A program made the translations under genes and the position numbers. Below are positions 28,950 through 42,300 of a stretch of DNA of 64,000 nucleotides, piece after piece (position 1 is the first letter of the stretch; each line of letters opens with the position of its first letter). The stretch is from assembly GCA_009914755.4 (NCBI GenBank), contig CP068257.2, positions 7,200,001 through 7,264,000 of the forward strand, read 5' to 3'. Below the pieces are notes generated by a model. That model was not told the origin of the DNA. It was given only the letters and a program-made list of their open reading frames with translations, and did no database searches. The stretch comes from the human T2T-CHM13v2.0 reference genome, Homo sapiens.

Positions 28950-29850
28950 GGAATGCAATGGAATGGAATGGATAGTAATGGAACGGAACAGAATGGAATG
29001 GAATATAATGGAATGAACCCGAATGGAACGGAAGGAATGAACCCGAGTGGAATGGAATTGCATGGAATGGATTGGAATGGAATGGATTGGAATCAACCCG
29101 AGTGGAATGGAATGGAATAGAATGGAGTGGAATGGAATGGAATGGAATGGAATGGAATGGAATGGAATGGAATGGAATAGAATGGAATGGAATGAAATGG
29201 AATCAACCAGAATGGAATGGAATGGAATGGAATGGAATGGAAGGGAATGGAGTGAAATCGAGTGGAATCAATACGAGTGGAATGGAATGGAATGGAATGG
29301 AAGGGAATGGAATGGAATGGAATCAAACCGAGTGGAATGGAAAGGAATGGAATGGAAAGGAACGGAAAGGAATGGAAAGGAATGGAATGGATTGGTATGG
29401 AATCAACATTAGTGGAATAGAATGGAATGGAATGGAATGGAACAGAGTGGAATGGAATATAATGGAATGGAATGCAATGGAATCAACAAGAATGAAATGG
29501 AGTGTAATGGAATGGAATGGATTCAACCCGAGTGGAATGGAATGGAATCAACCCGAGTGGAATGGAATGTAATGGAATGGAATCAACCCGAGTGGAATCG
29601 AATGGAATGCAATGGAATGGAATGGAACGTTATGGAATGGAATAGATTGGAATGGAATCAACTTGAGGGGAAAGGAATGGAATGGATAGGAATGGAATGG
29701 AATGGATAGGAATGGAATGCAATGGAATGCAATGGTATAGAATGGAGTCAAACCGAGAGGAATGTAATGGAATGGAATTGAATGGAATGCAATGGAATGG
29801 AATGGAAACAACCCGAGTGGAATGGAATGCAATGGAATGCAATGGAATAG
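28950..29850 (+). repeat. Fifth copy of the recurrent ~1.2-kb module M1 (other copies at 360-1830, 6330-7560, 20600-21690, 21690-22450)
   Basis: ORFs 28803..29120 and 29072..29572 carry MQWNGMDSNG.EQNGME / MEGNGMEWNQTEWN / GMDWYGINISGIEWNG / AMESTRMKW.VMEWNG. ORF 29682..29885 carries MQWYRMESNREECNGMELNG. The ggattggtatggaatcaacattagtggaat signature is at 29390. Confidence 0.65.
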
Positions 29851-30430
29851 AATTCAACGTAATGGAAACAACCCGAGTGGAATAGAATGGAATGGAAAGG
29901 AATGAAATATAATGGAATGGATTGGAATCAACCCGAATCCAATGCAAGGGAATGGAATGGAAAGCAAAGCAACGGAATGGAATGGAAGGGAATGGAATGG
30001 AATGGAAAGGAATGGAATGGAATAAACAATAGTGGAATGATATGGAATGGAATGGAAAGGAATGGAATGGAATGGAATGTAATGGTATGGAATCAACCCG
30101 AGGGGAATGGTATGGAATGGAATGTATTGGAACGGAATGGAATGGAATAAAATGCACTGGAATGGAATGGAATCAACCCGAGAGAAGAGGAAGGGAATGG
30201 AATGGAATGGAATCACCACGAGGGGAATGGAATGGAATGGAATGGAATGGGATCGAATGGAATTGAATGGAATCACCCTGAGTGTAATGGAAGGGAATTG
30301 AATGGATTGGAATCAACGGGAGTGGAATGGAAAGGAATGGAATGGAATGGAATGGAATGGAATGGAATGGAATGAACGAAATCAACCTCAGTGGAATGGA
30401 ATGGAATGGAATGGAGTGGAATAGAATGGA

Positions 30431-33400
30431 ATGGACAATAATTGAATGGAATGGAAACACCCCGAGTGGAATGGAACGCAATGGAATGGAATGGAATGGA
30501 AAGTAATGGAATTCAACGGAATGGAACTAACTCGAGTGGAATGGAATGGAATGGAATGGAATGGAATGGAATGGAAACAAACTCAACGGAATGCAATCAA
30601 ACAGAATGGAATAGAATGGAATGGAATGGAATGGGATGGAATGGAATAGAATGGAATGGAATCAACCCGAATGAAATGAAATGGAATGGAATGGAATGGA
30701 ATCAACCTGAGTGGAATGGAATGGAATGGAATGGAAACGAATGGAATGTAATCAACCAGACTGGAATGGAAAGGAATGTAAAGGAATGAATGGAATTGAA
30801 TGGAATGGAATGGTATGAACACAACCCGAGTGGAATAGAATGGAATGGAATGGAATGAAATAGAATGGAATGGAACGGAATCAACCGGAGAGGAATGGAA
30901 TGGAATGAAATGGAAACAACCAGACTGGAATGGAACGGAACGGAATGCAATGGAATAGAACGGAATGGAATGGAACGGAACGAAATGGAATGGAATGGAA
31001 TGGAATCAACCCGACTAGAATGGAATGGAACGGAATGAAATGAAGTGGAATGGAATGTAACGGAACGGAATTGAAATGAATGGAATGGAATGAAACCGAA
31101 TGGAATGGATTGGAATGGATTGGAAGGGAATGCAATGCAATGGAATCAACCCGAATGGAATGGAGTGGAAAGGAATGGAGTGGAATGTTATGGAATGGAA
31201 TGGAATGGAATGGAATGGAATGGAATAAACCCGAGCGGAATGGAATTGAATGGAAGGCAATGGAATGGAATGGAATGGAATGGAATGGAATGCATTGGAA
31301 TCAACTGGAATGGAATGGAATGGAATGGAATGGAATGGAATGGAATCAATCCGGGTTGAATGGAATGGAATGGAATGGAGTCAAATGTAACGCAATGGAG
31401 TGGAATTGAATGGAATGGAATCAACCCGAATGAAATGGATTAGATTGGAATGCAATGGAATCAACCTGAGTGGAAAAGAATGGAATGGAATAGAATGGAA
31501 TGGAATGGAATGGAATAGAATGGAATTGAATGGAATGGAATTTAATGGAATGGAATGGAATGGAATGGAATCAAGCCGAATGGAAAGGAAAGGAATGGAA
31601 TGGAATGGAATGGAATGGAATGGAATGGAGTGAAATGGAATGCAATCAACACGATTGGAATGGAATGGAATGGAATGGAAGGGAATTGAATGGAATGGAA
31701 TCAAACCGAGTGGAATGGAATGGAATGAAATGGAAAGGAATTGAAAGGAATGGAAAGGAAAGGAATATACTGGTGTGGAATCAACAGTAGAGGAATGGAA
31801 TGGAACGGAATGCAATGGAATGGAACAGAATGGAATGGAAAGGAATGGAATGGAATCAACCCGAATTAAATGGAGTGGAATGGAATGGAATGGAATCAAC
31901 CCGAGTGGAATGGAATTGATTGGAATGGAATGGAATGGAATGGAATGGAATGGAATGGAATGGAATGGGATGGAATGGAATGGGATGGAATGGAATGGAA
32001 TCAAACCGAATTAAATGGAGTGGAATGGAATGGAACGGAATCAACCCGAGTGGAATGGAATTGAATGGAATGGAATGGAATGGAATGGAATGGAATGGAC
32101 AAGAATTGAATGGAATGGAAACACCCCGAGTGGAATGGAACGCAATGGAATGGAATGGAATGGAAAGTAATGGAATTCAACGGAATGGAACTAACTCGAG
32201 TGGAATGGAATGGAATGGAATGGAATGGAATGGAATGGAAACAAACTCAACGGAATGCAATCAAACAGAATGGAATGGAATGGAATGGAATGGAATGGGA
32301 TGGAATGGAATAGAATGGAATGGAATCAACCCGAATGAAATGAAATGGAATGGAATGGAATGGAATCAACCTGAGTGGAATGGAATGGAATGGAATGGAA
32401 AGGAATGGAATGTAATCAACCAGACTGGAATGGAAAGGAATGTAAAGGAATGAATGGAATTGAATGGAATGGAATGGTATGAACACAACCCGAGTGGAAT
32501 AGAATGGAATGGAATGGAATGAAATAGAATGGAATGGAACGGAATCAACCCGAGAGGAATGGAATGGAATGAAATGGAAACAACCAGACTGGAATGGAAC
32601 GGAACGGAATGCAATGGAATAGAACGGAATGGAATGGAACGGAACGAAATGGAATGGAATGGAATGGAATCAACCCGACTAGAATGGAATGGAACGGAAT
32701 GAAATGAAGTGGAATGGAATGTAACGGAACGGAATTGAAATGAATGGAATGGAATGAAACCGAATGGAATGGACTGGAATGGATTGGAAGGGAATGCAAT
32801 GCAATGGAATCAACCCGAATGGAATGCAGTGGAAAGGAATGGAGTGGAATTTTATGGAATGGAATGGAATGGAATGGAATGGAATGGAATGGAATGGAAT
32901 GGAATGGAATGGAATAAACCCGAGCGGAATGGAATTGAATGGAAGGCAATGGAATGGAATGGAATGGAATGGAATGGAATGCATTGGAATCAACTGGAAT
33001 GGAATGGAATGGAATGGAATGGAATGGAATTGAATCAATCCGGGTTTAATGGAATGGAATGGAATGGAGTCAAATGTAACGCAATGGAGTGGAATTGAAT
33101 GGAATGGAATCAACCCGAATGGAATGGATTAGATTGGAATGCAATGGAATCAACCTGAGTGGAAAAGAATGGAATTGAATAGAATGGAATGGAATGGAAT
33201 GGAATCAAGCGGAATGGAAAGGAAAGGAATGGAATGGAATGGAATGGAATGGAATGGAATGGAATGGAATGGAATGGAATGGAGTGAAATGGAATGGAAT
33301 CAACACGATTGGAATGGAATGGAATGGAATGGAAGGGAATTGAATGGAATGGAATCAAACCGAGTGGAATGGAATGGAATGGAATGGAAAGGAATTGAAA

Positions 33401-35380
33401 GGAATGGAAAGGAAAGGAATATACTGGTGTGGAATCAACAGTAGAGGAATGGAATGGAACGGAATGCAATGGAATGGAACAGAATGGAATGGAAAGGAAT
33501 GGAATGGAATCAACCCGAATTAAATGGAGTGGAATGGAATGGAATGGAATCAACCCGAGTGGAATGGAATTGATTGGAATGGAATGGAATGGAATGGAAT
33601 GGAATGGAATGGAATGAAATGGGATGGAATGGAATGGGATGGAATGGAATGGAATCAAACCGAATTAAATGGAGTGGAATGGAATGGAACGGAATCAACC
33701 CGAGTGGAATGGAATTGAATGGAATGGAATGGAATGGAATGGACAAGAATTGAATGGAATGGAAACACCCCGAGTGGAATGGAACGCAATGGAATGGAAT
33801 GGAATGGAAAGTAATGGAATTCAACGGAATGGAACTAACTCGAGTGGAATGGAATGGAATGGAATGGAATGGAATGGAATGGAAACAAACTCAACGGAAT
33901 GCAATCAAACAGAATGGAATGGAATGGAATGGAATGGAATGGGATGGAATGGAATAGAATGGAATGGAATCAACCCGAATGAAATGAAATGGAATGGAAT
34001 GGAATGGAATCAACCTGAGTGGAATGGAATGGAATGGAATGGAAAGGAATGGAATGTAATCAACCAGACTGGAATGGAAAGGAATGTAAAGGAATGAATG
34101 GAATTGAATGGAATGGAATGGTATGAACACAACCCGAGTGGAATAGAATGGAATGGAATGGAATGAAATAGAATGGAATGGAACGGAATCAACCCGAGAG
34201 GAATGGAATGGAATGAAATGGAAACAACCAGACTGGAATGGAACGGAACGGAATGCAATGGAATAGAACGGAATGGAATGGAACGGAACGAAATGGAATG
34301 GAATGGAATGGAATCAACCCGACTAGAATGGAATGGAACGGAATGAAATGAAGTGGAATGGAATGTAACGGAACGGAATTGAAATGAATGGAATGGAATG
34401 AAACCGAATGGAATGGATTGGAATGGATTGGAAGGGAATGCAATGCAATGGAATCAACCCGAATGGAATGCAGTGGAAAGGAATGGAGTGGAATTTTATG
34501 GAATGGAATGGAATGGAATGGAATGGAATGGAATGGAATGGAATAAACCCGAGCGGAATGGAATTGAATGGAAGGCAATGGAATGGAATGGAATGGAATG
34601 GAATGCATTGGAATCAACTGGAATGGAATGGAATGGAATGGAATGGAATGGAATGGAATTGAATCAATCCGGGTTTAATGGAATGGAATGGAATGGAGTC
34701 AAATGTAACGCAACGGAGTGGAATTGAATGGAATGGAATCAACCCGAATGGAATGGATTAGATTGGAATGCAATGGAATCAACCTGAGTGGAAAAGAATG
34801 GAATTGAATAGAATGGAATGGAATGGAATGGAATCAAGCGGAATGGAAAGGAAAGGAATGGAATGGAATGGAATGGAATGGAATGGAATGGAATGGAGTG
34901 AAATGGAATGGAATCAACACGATTGGAATGGAATGGAATGGAATGGAAGGGAATTGAATGGAATGGAATCAAACCGAGTGGAATGGAATGGAAAGGAATT
35001 GAAAGGAATGGAAAGGAAAGGAATATACTGGTGTGGAATCAACAGTAGAGGAATGGAATGGAACGGAATGCAATGGAATGGAACAGAATGGAATGGAAAG
35101 GAATGGAATGGAATCAACCCGAATTAAATGGAGTGGAATGGAATGGAATGGAATCAACCCGAATTAAATGGAGTGGAATGGAATGGAATGGAATCAACCC
35201 GAGTGGAATGGAATTGATTGGAATGGAATGGAATGGAATGGAATGGAATGGAATGGAATGGAATGGGATGGAATGGAATGGGATGGAATGGAATGGAATC
35301 AAACCGAATTAAATGGAGTGGAATGGAATGGAACGGAATCAACCCGAGTGGAATGGAATTGAATGGAATGGAATGGAATG
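30431..35380 (+). repeat. ~1.65-kb higher-order repeat, 3 near-identical tandem copies (30431-32094, 32095-33738, 33739-~35380)
   Basis: ORF sets recur with period 1664 then 1644: 30442/32110/33754, 30583/32247/33891 on the minus strand, 30702/32366/34010, 31080/32754/34398, and 31856/33510/35154. Translations are identical over as much as 142 aa between copies 2 and 3. The signature ggaatggacaaKaattgaatggaatggaaacaccccgagtgg is at 30431, 32093 and 33737. The end of copy 3 is the least certain boundary: I did not see identity to the other copies past ~35315. Confidence 0.88.
35111..35190. repeat. 40-bp tandem duplication inside HOR copy 3 (gaatcaacccgaattaaatggagtggaatggaatggaatg x2)
   Basis: Read directly: the unit starts at 35111 and again at 35151. 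The corresponding site in copies 1 and 2 (31851, 33505) carries the unit once. Confidence 0.8.
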
Positions 35381-35429
35381 GAATGGAATGGAATGGAATG
35401 GAATGGAATGGAATGGAATGGAATGGAAT

Positions 35430-36300
35430 CAACCCGAGAGGAATGGAATGGATTGGAATGGAACAGAATGGAATGGAATGGAATGGAATGGAAATAACTC
35501 AACCCGAGTGTAATGGAATGGAGTGCAATGGAATGGAATGGAACGGTATGGAATGGAATTGAATGGAATGGAATCAACTAGAGGGTAAAGGAATGCAATG
35601 GAATGGATAGGAATGAAATGCAATGGAATGCAGTGGTATGGAATGGAGTCAAACCGAGAGGAAAGTAATGGAATGAAATTGAATGGAATGGAATGGAATG
35701 CAATGGAATGGAATTGAATGGAATAAACCCCAGAGGAACGGAATTGAATGGAATGGAATGGAATGGATAGTAATGGAATGGAATGAATTGGAATGGAATG
35801 GAATGGAATGAAATCAAACAGAGTGGAATGGAACTGAAAGAAATGGAATGGAATGGAATTTATTGGAATGGATTCAACTGGAATGGAATGAATTGGAATG
35901 GAATGGAATGGAATGGAATGGAATGCAATGGAATGGAATGGAAACAACCCGACTGGAATGGAATGCAATGGAATGCTATGGAATGGAATGGAATGGAATT
36001 CAATGTAATGGAAACAAACCGAGTGGAATGAAATGGAACGGAAAGGACTGACATGTAATGGAATGGATTGGAATCAACAGGATTCCAATGCAACGGAATG
36101 GAATGGAATGGAATGGAATGGAATGGAATGGAATGGAATGCAATGGAATGGAATGGAAGGGAATGGAATGGAATACAAAGGAATGGAATGTACAGGAATG
36201 GAATGGAATAGAATGGAATATAATTGAAAGGAATGGAATGGAATGGAATGGAATGAACCCGAGTGGAGTGGAATGGAATGGAATGGAAATGAATGGAATG
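35430..36300. repeat. Segment related to 23750-24600 (offset ~11.8 kb)
   Basis: Minus-strand ORF 35429..35968 matches 23748..24044 and 23866..24180. ORFs 35783..36031 and 35848..36051 match 24010..24243 and 24075..24263. The island element caacMggattccaatgcaacgg is at 36071 and 24290. Confidence 0.6.
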
Positions 36301-37269
36301 CAATGGAATTAAATGGAAAGGAACGGAATGGAATCAACACGAGTGGAATGGAATGGAATGGAATGGAATGGAATCAACCCGAGTGGAATGGAATGGAATG
36401 GAGTTTAATGGAATGAAATAGAATAGATTGGTATTTAATCAACCTGAGAGGAATGGTATGGAATGGAATGGAATGGAATAAAATGGAATGGAATGGAATG
36501 GAATCAACCCGAGTGGAAGGGAATGGAATGGAATGGAATCAACCGGATTGGAATGGAATGGAATGGAATGGAGTGGAATGGAATGGAATGCAATGAAATG
36601 GAAAGGAATGCTATGGAATCAACCCGAGTGAAATGGAAATGAATGGAATGGAATGGAATGGAATGGAATGGAATCGAATGGAGTCAAGCCAAGTGCAATG
36701 GAATGGAATAGAATGCCACGGAATCAGCGCGAGTGGAATGGAATAGAAAGGCATGCAATGGAATGGGTTGGAAAGCAATGGAATGGAATCAACCCGACTG
36801 GAATGGAATGGAATGGAAAGGAATGAAGGGAATGGAATGGAATGGAAAGGTATGGAATCAACCCGAGTGGAATGGAATGGAAAGAAATGAAATGGAATGG
36901 AATGGAAAGGTATGGAATCAACCCGAGTGGAATGGAATGGAATGGAATGAAATGGAATGGAATGGAGTGGAATGGAAGGTAAGGCAATGGAATGGAATGG
37001 AATGGAATGGAACGGAACGGAATGGAATTGAATGGCATGGAATGAACCTGAACGGAATGGATTGGAATGGAATGGAATGGAATGGAATGGAATCGAATCA
37101 GCTCGAGTGGAATGAAATGTAATGGAATGCAGTGGAATGGAATGGAATTGAATGGAATGGAATGGAATGCAATGGAATGGAATGGAATGGAATCAAACGG
37201 ATTGGAATGGAATGGAATGGAATGGAATGGAATGGAATGGAATGGCATGGAATCAAACCGAGTGAAATG

Positions 37270-39350
37270 GAATGGAATGGTATGGAATCAACCCGAGTGG
37301 AATATTATCGAATGGAATGGAATTGAACGGAATGCATTGGAATAAAATGGAATGAAATGGAATGGAATCAACCAGAGTGGAATGGAATGGAATGGAGTGG
37401 AATGGAATATAATGGAATGGAACAGAATTAAATGGAAAGGAACGGAATGGAATCAACACGAGTGGAATGGAATGGGATGGAATGGAATGGAATCAACCCG
37501 AGTTGAATGGAATGGAATGGAATGCAATGGAATGAAACGGAATATAATGGAATGGAATGGAAACATCCCAAGAGGAAAGGAATGGTATGGAATGCAATGG
37601 AACGGAATGGAACAGAACGGAATGGAATGGAATGGAATAGATTGAATCAGAGAAGAATTGAGTGGAGAGGAATGGATTGGAATGGAATGTAATGCATTCA
37701 CCCCTAGTTGAATGTAATGGATTGGAAAGGAATGGAATGGAATGGAATGGCGTGGAATGGAATAGAATCAACTCGAGTGGAATGGAATGTAATGGAATGG
37801 AGTGGAATCGAATGGAATGGAATGGAGTCAACCCGAGTGGAATATTATCGAATGGAATGGAATGGAACGGAATGGAATAAAGGAATGGAATAAAATATAA
37901 TGGAATGGAATGGAATCAACCGGAGTGGAATGGAATGGAATGGAGTGGAATGGAATAAAATGGAATGGAATGGAACTAAATGGAAAGGATCAGAATGGAA
38001 TCAACACGAGTGGAATGGAATGGAATGGAATGGAATGGAATGGAATGGAATCAACCCGAGTGGAATGGAATGGAATGGAATGCAATGGAATGAAACAGAA
38101 TAAAGTGGAATGGAATGGAAACATCCCGAGTGGAATGGAATGGTATGGAATGCAATGGAACGGAATGGAACAGAACAGAATGGAATGGAATGGAATAGAT
38201 TGAATCAGAGAGGAATTGAAGGGAGAGGAATGGATTGGAATGGAATGGAATGGATTCAACCCTAGTTGAATGTCACGGATTGGAAAGGAATGGAATAGAA
38301 TGGAATGGAATGGAGTGGAATGGAATGGAGTGGAATCAACAAGAGTGGAATGGAACGGAATGGAATGGAATGGAATGGAATGGAATGGAATGGAATGGAA
38401 ACAACACGAATAGAATATAACGGAATGGAATATAATGCTGTGGAATGGAATGGAATGGAATGAAATAAACACGAATAGAATGGAACGGAATGGAATGGAA
38501 AGGAATGGAATGGAATGGAATGGAATAGAATGGAGTGAAATGGAAAGGAACGGACTGGAATTAATCCGAGTGGAATTGAATGGAATGTAATGCAATGGAA
38601 TGGAGCGGAATCAACCTGAGTGGAATGGAATGGAATGGAATGGAATGGAATGGAATGGAGTGGAATGGAATTGAATGGAATGCAATGGAATGGAATGGAA
38701 TGGGATCAACCCGAATGGAAGGGAACGGAATGGAATGGAAAGGAATGGAATGGAATGGAATGGAATAGAATGGAATTGAATAGATTGAATCAGAGAGGAA
38801 TTGAATGGAGAGGAATGGATTGGAATGGAATGCAATGGATTCAAATCTAGTTGAATGGAATGGAATGGAATGGAATGGAATGGAGTGGAATGGAATGGAG
38901 TGGAATCAACTGGAATGGAATGGAATGGAATGGAATGGAATGGAAACAACACGAATAGAATGGAACGGAATGGAATGGAATGCTGTGGAATGGAAAGGAG
39001 TGGAATGAAATAAACACGAACAGAGTGGAACGGAATGGAATGGAATGGAATGGAATGAAATGGAATGGAATGGAATGGAATGGAGTGAAATGGAAATGAA
39101 CGGAAAGGAACTAAACCGAGTGGAACTGAATGGAATGGAAAGGAATCAACCCGAGTGGAATGAAATGGAATGTAATGCAACGGAATGGAGCGGAATCAAC
39201 CTGAGTGGAATGTCATGGAATGGAATGGAATGGAATGGAATGAAATGAAATGGAATGGAACGGAATGGAAATAACCCGAGTGGAATGGAATGGAATGGAA
39301 AGGAATCAACCCGAGTGGAATGAAATGGAATGTAATGCAATGGAAAAGAG
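37270..39350 (+). repeat. ~570-bp higher-order repeat, ~3.6 tandem copies, within the downstream subfamily
   Basis: The signature element is at 37641, 38201 and 38790, spaced 560 and 589 bp apart. ORF 37352..37645 matches 37910..38203 at a 558-bp offset. ORFs 37662, 38235 and 38805 (MERNGLEWNAMDS.LVE) are spaced 573 and 570 bp. Minus-strand ORFs 37990..38595 and 38611..39180 match. Confidence 0.7.
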
Positions 39351-42300
39351 CGGAATCAACCCGAGTCGAATGAAATGGAATGGAATGGAAAGGAGTGGAA
39401 TGGAATGGAATGCAATGGAATTGAATGGAATGGGATGCAATGGAATGGAATGGAATCCAATGGAATCAACTGGAATGGAATAGCATAGAATGGAATGGAA
39501 TGGAATGGAATCAATCCGGGTGGAATGGAATGGAATGTATTGAGTGGAATGGAATGGAATGGAATGCAGTGGAATTTAATGGAATGGAATCAACCCGAAT
39601 GGAATGGAACGGAATGGAATGGAAAGGAATGGAATGGAATGGAATGGAATGGAATGGAATCAACCCGAATGGTATGGAATAGAATGGAATGGATTGGAAT
39701 GGAATGCAATGGAATGCTATGGAATCAATCCGAGTGTAAGGGAAATGCATGGAATGGAATGGAATGGACTGGAATTAACCCAATTGCAATGGAATGGAAT
39801 GGAATGCAACGGAATCAACCCAAGTGGAATGGAATGGAAAGGAATGGAATGAAATGGAATGGAAAGGAATAGAATGGAATCAACCTGAATGGAATGAATT
39901 GGAATGGAAAGGAATGAATGTAATGTAATGGAATGGAATGGAATGGAATGGAATGGAATGGGATGGAATCAACCCGAGTGGAATGGAATGGACAGGAATG
40001 GAATAGAATTGAATGGAATGGAATGGAATGGAATGGAATGGAATGGAATGGAATGCAATGGAATGGAATGGAATGGAACGGAATGGAATGGAATGGAACG
40101 GAATGGAAACGAATGAACCCGAGTGGAGTGAAATGGAATGTAATGCAATGGAATGGAGCGGAATCAACCTGATTGGAATTGAATGGAATGGAATGGAATG
40201 GAATGCAATGGAATGGAATTAAATCAACCCGAATGGAATGGAACGCAATGGAAAGGAAAGGAATGGAAAAGAATGGAATGGAAAGGAATGGAAAGGAATG
40301 GAATGGAATGGAATGGAATGGAATGGAATGGAATCATCCCTAGTGGAATGGAATGGTATGGAATGCAATGGAATGGAATGGAGCAGAACGGAATGGAGTG
40401 GAATGGAATAGATTGAATCCGAGAGGAATTGACTTGAGTGGAATGGATTGGAATGGAATGCAAGGGATTCAACCCATTTGAATGTCATGGATTGGAAAGG
40501 AGTGGAATGGATTGGAATGGAAAGGAGTGGAATGTAATGGAATAGAATCAACACGAATGGAATGGAACAGAATGGAATGGAATGGAAACAACACGAATGG
40601 AATGGAACGGAACGGAATGGAATGGAATGCTGTGGAATGGAAAGAATTGGAACGAAATAAACACGAATAGAATGGAACGGAATGGAATGGAAAGGAATGG
40701 AATGGAATGGAATGGAATGGAATGGAATGGAATGGAATGGAATGAAATGGAAAGGAACGGAATGGAATTAACCCGAGTGGAACGGAATGGAATGGAAAGG
40801 AATCAACCCGAGTGGAATGAAATGGAATGTAATGCAATGGAATGGAATGGAATGGAATGGTATGGAATCAACCCGAGTGGAATATTATCGAATGGAATGG
40901 AATGGAACGGAATGGAATGGAATAAAATGTAATGTAATGGAATGGAATCAACAGGAGTGCAATGGAATGGAATGGAGTGGAATGGAATATAATGGAATGG
41001 AATGGAATTAAATGGAAAGGAAAGGAATGGAAGCAACACGAGTGGAATGGAATCAACCCGAGTGGAATGGAATGGAATGCAATGCAATGGAATGAAACGG
41101 AATATAATGGAATAGAATGGAAACATCCTGAGTGGAATGGAATGGTACGGATTGCAATGGAACGGAATGGAAAAGAACGGAATGGAATGGAACGGAATAG
41201 ATTGAATCAGAGAGGAATTGATTGGAGAGGAATGGATTGGAATGGAATGCAATGGATTCAACGCTAGTTGAATATCATGGATTGGAAAGGAATGGAATGG
41301 AATGGAATGGAGTGGAGTGGAATGGAATAGAATCAACTCGATTGGAATGTAATGTAATGGAATGGAGTGGAATGGAATGGAATTGAATGGAATGGATGGA
41401 ATGGAATGGAATGGAATGGAATGGAATGGAATGGGGTGGAATGGAATGGAAAGCAATGAAATGGAAAGGAATGCTATGGAATCAACCCGAGTGTAATGGA
41501 AATGAATGGAATGGAATGGAATGGATTGGAATGGAATGGAATGGAATCAAGCCAAGTGCAATGGAATGGAATAGAATGCAACGGAATCAACACGAGTGGA
41601 ATGGAATAGAAAGGCATGCAATGGAATGGAATGGAAAGCAATGGAATGGAATCAACCCGACTGGAATGGAATGGAGTGGAAAGGAATGAATGGAATGGAA
41701 TGCAATGGAAAGGTATGGAATCAACCCGACTGGAATGGAATGGAATGGAATGGAATGGAATGGAATGGAATGGAGTGGAATGGAAGGCAATGCAATGGAA
41801 TGGAACGGAATGCAATGGAACGGAACGGAATGGAATTGAATGGCAGGGAATGAACCCGAATGGAATGGAATGGAATGGAATGGAATGGAATATAATCAAC
41901 TCGAGTGGAATGGAGTGTAATGGAATGGAGTGGAATGGAATGGAAATGAATGGAATGGAATGGAATGGAATGGAACGGAATGGAATGGAATGGAATCAAC
42001 ACGACAGGAAAGGAATGGAATGGAAAGGAATGGAATGGAATCAACCAGAGTGGAATGGAATGGAATGGAATGAAATGGAATTGAACGGAATACAATGGAA
42101 TTCAATGGAGTCACCCCGAGTGGAATGGCATGGTATGGAATGCAATGGAATGGAATGGAACAGAACGGAATGGAATGGAATCAATAGATTGAATCCGAGT
42201 GGAATTGAATGGAATGGAATGGATTCGAATTTAATGGAATGGATTGGAATGTAAAGCAATTATTTCAAACCGATTGGAATGTCATGGATTGGAATGGAGT

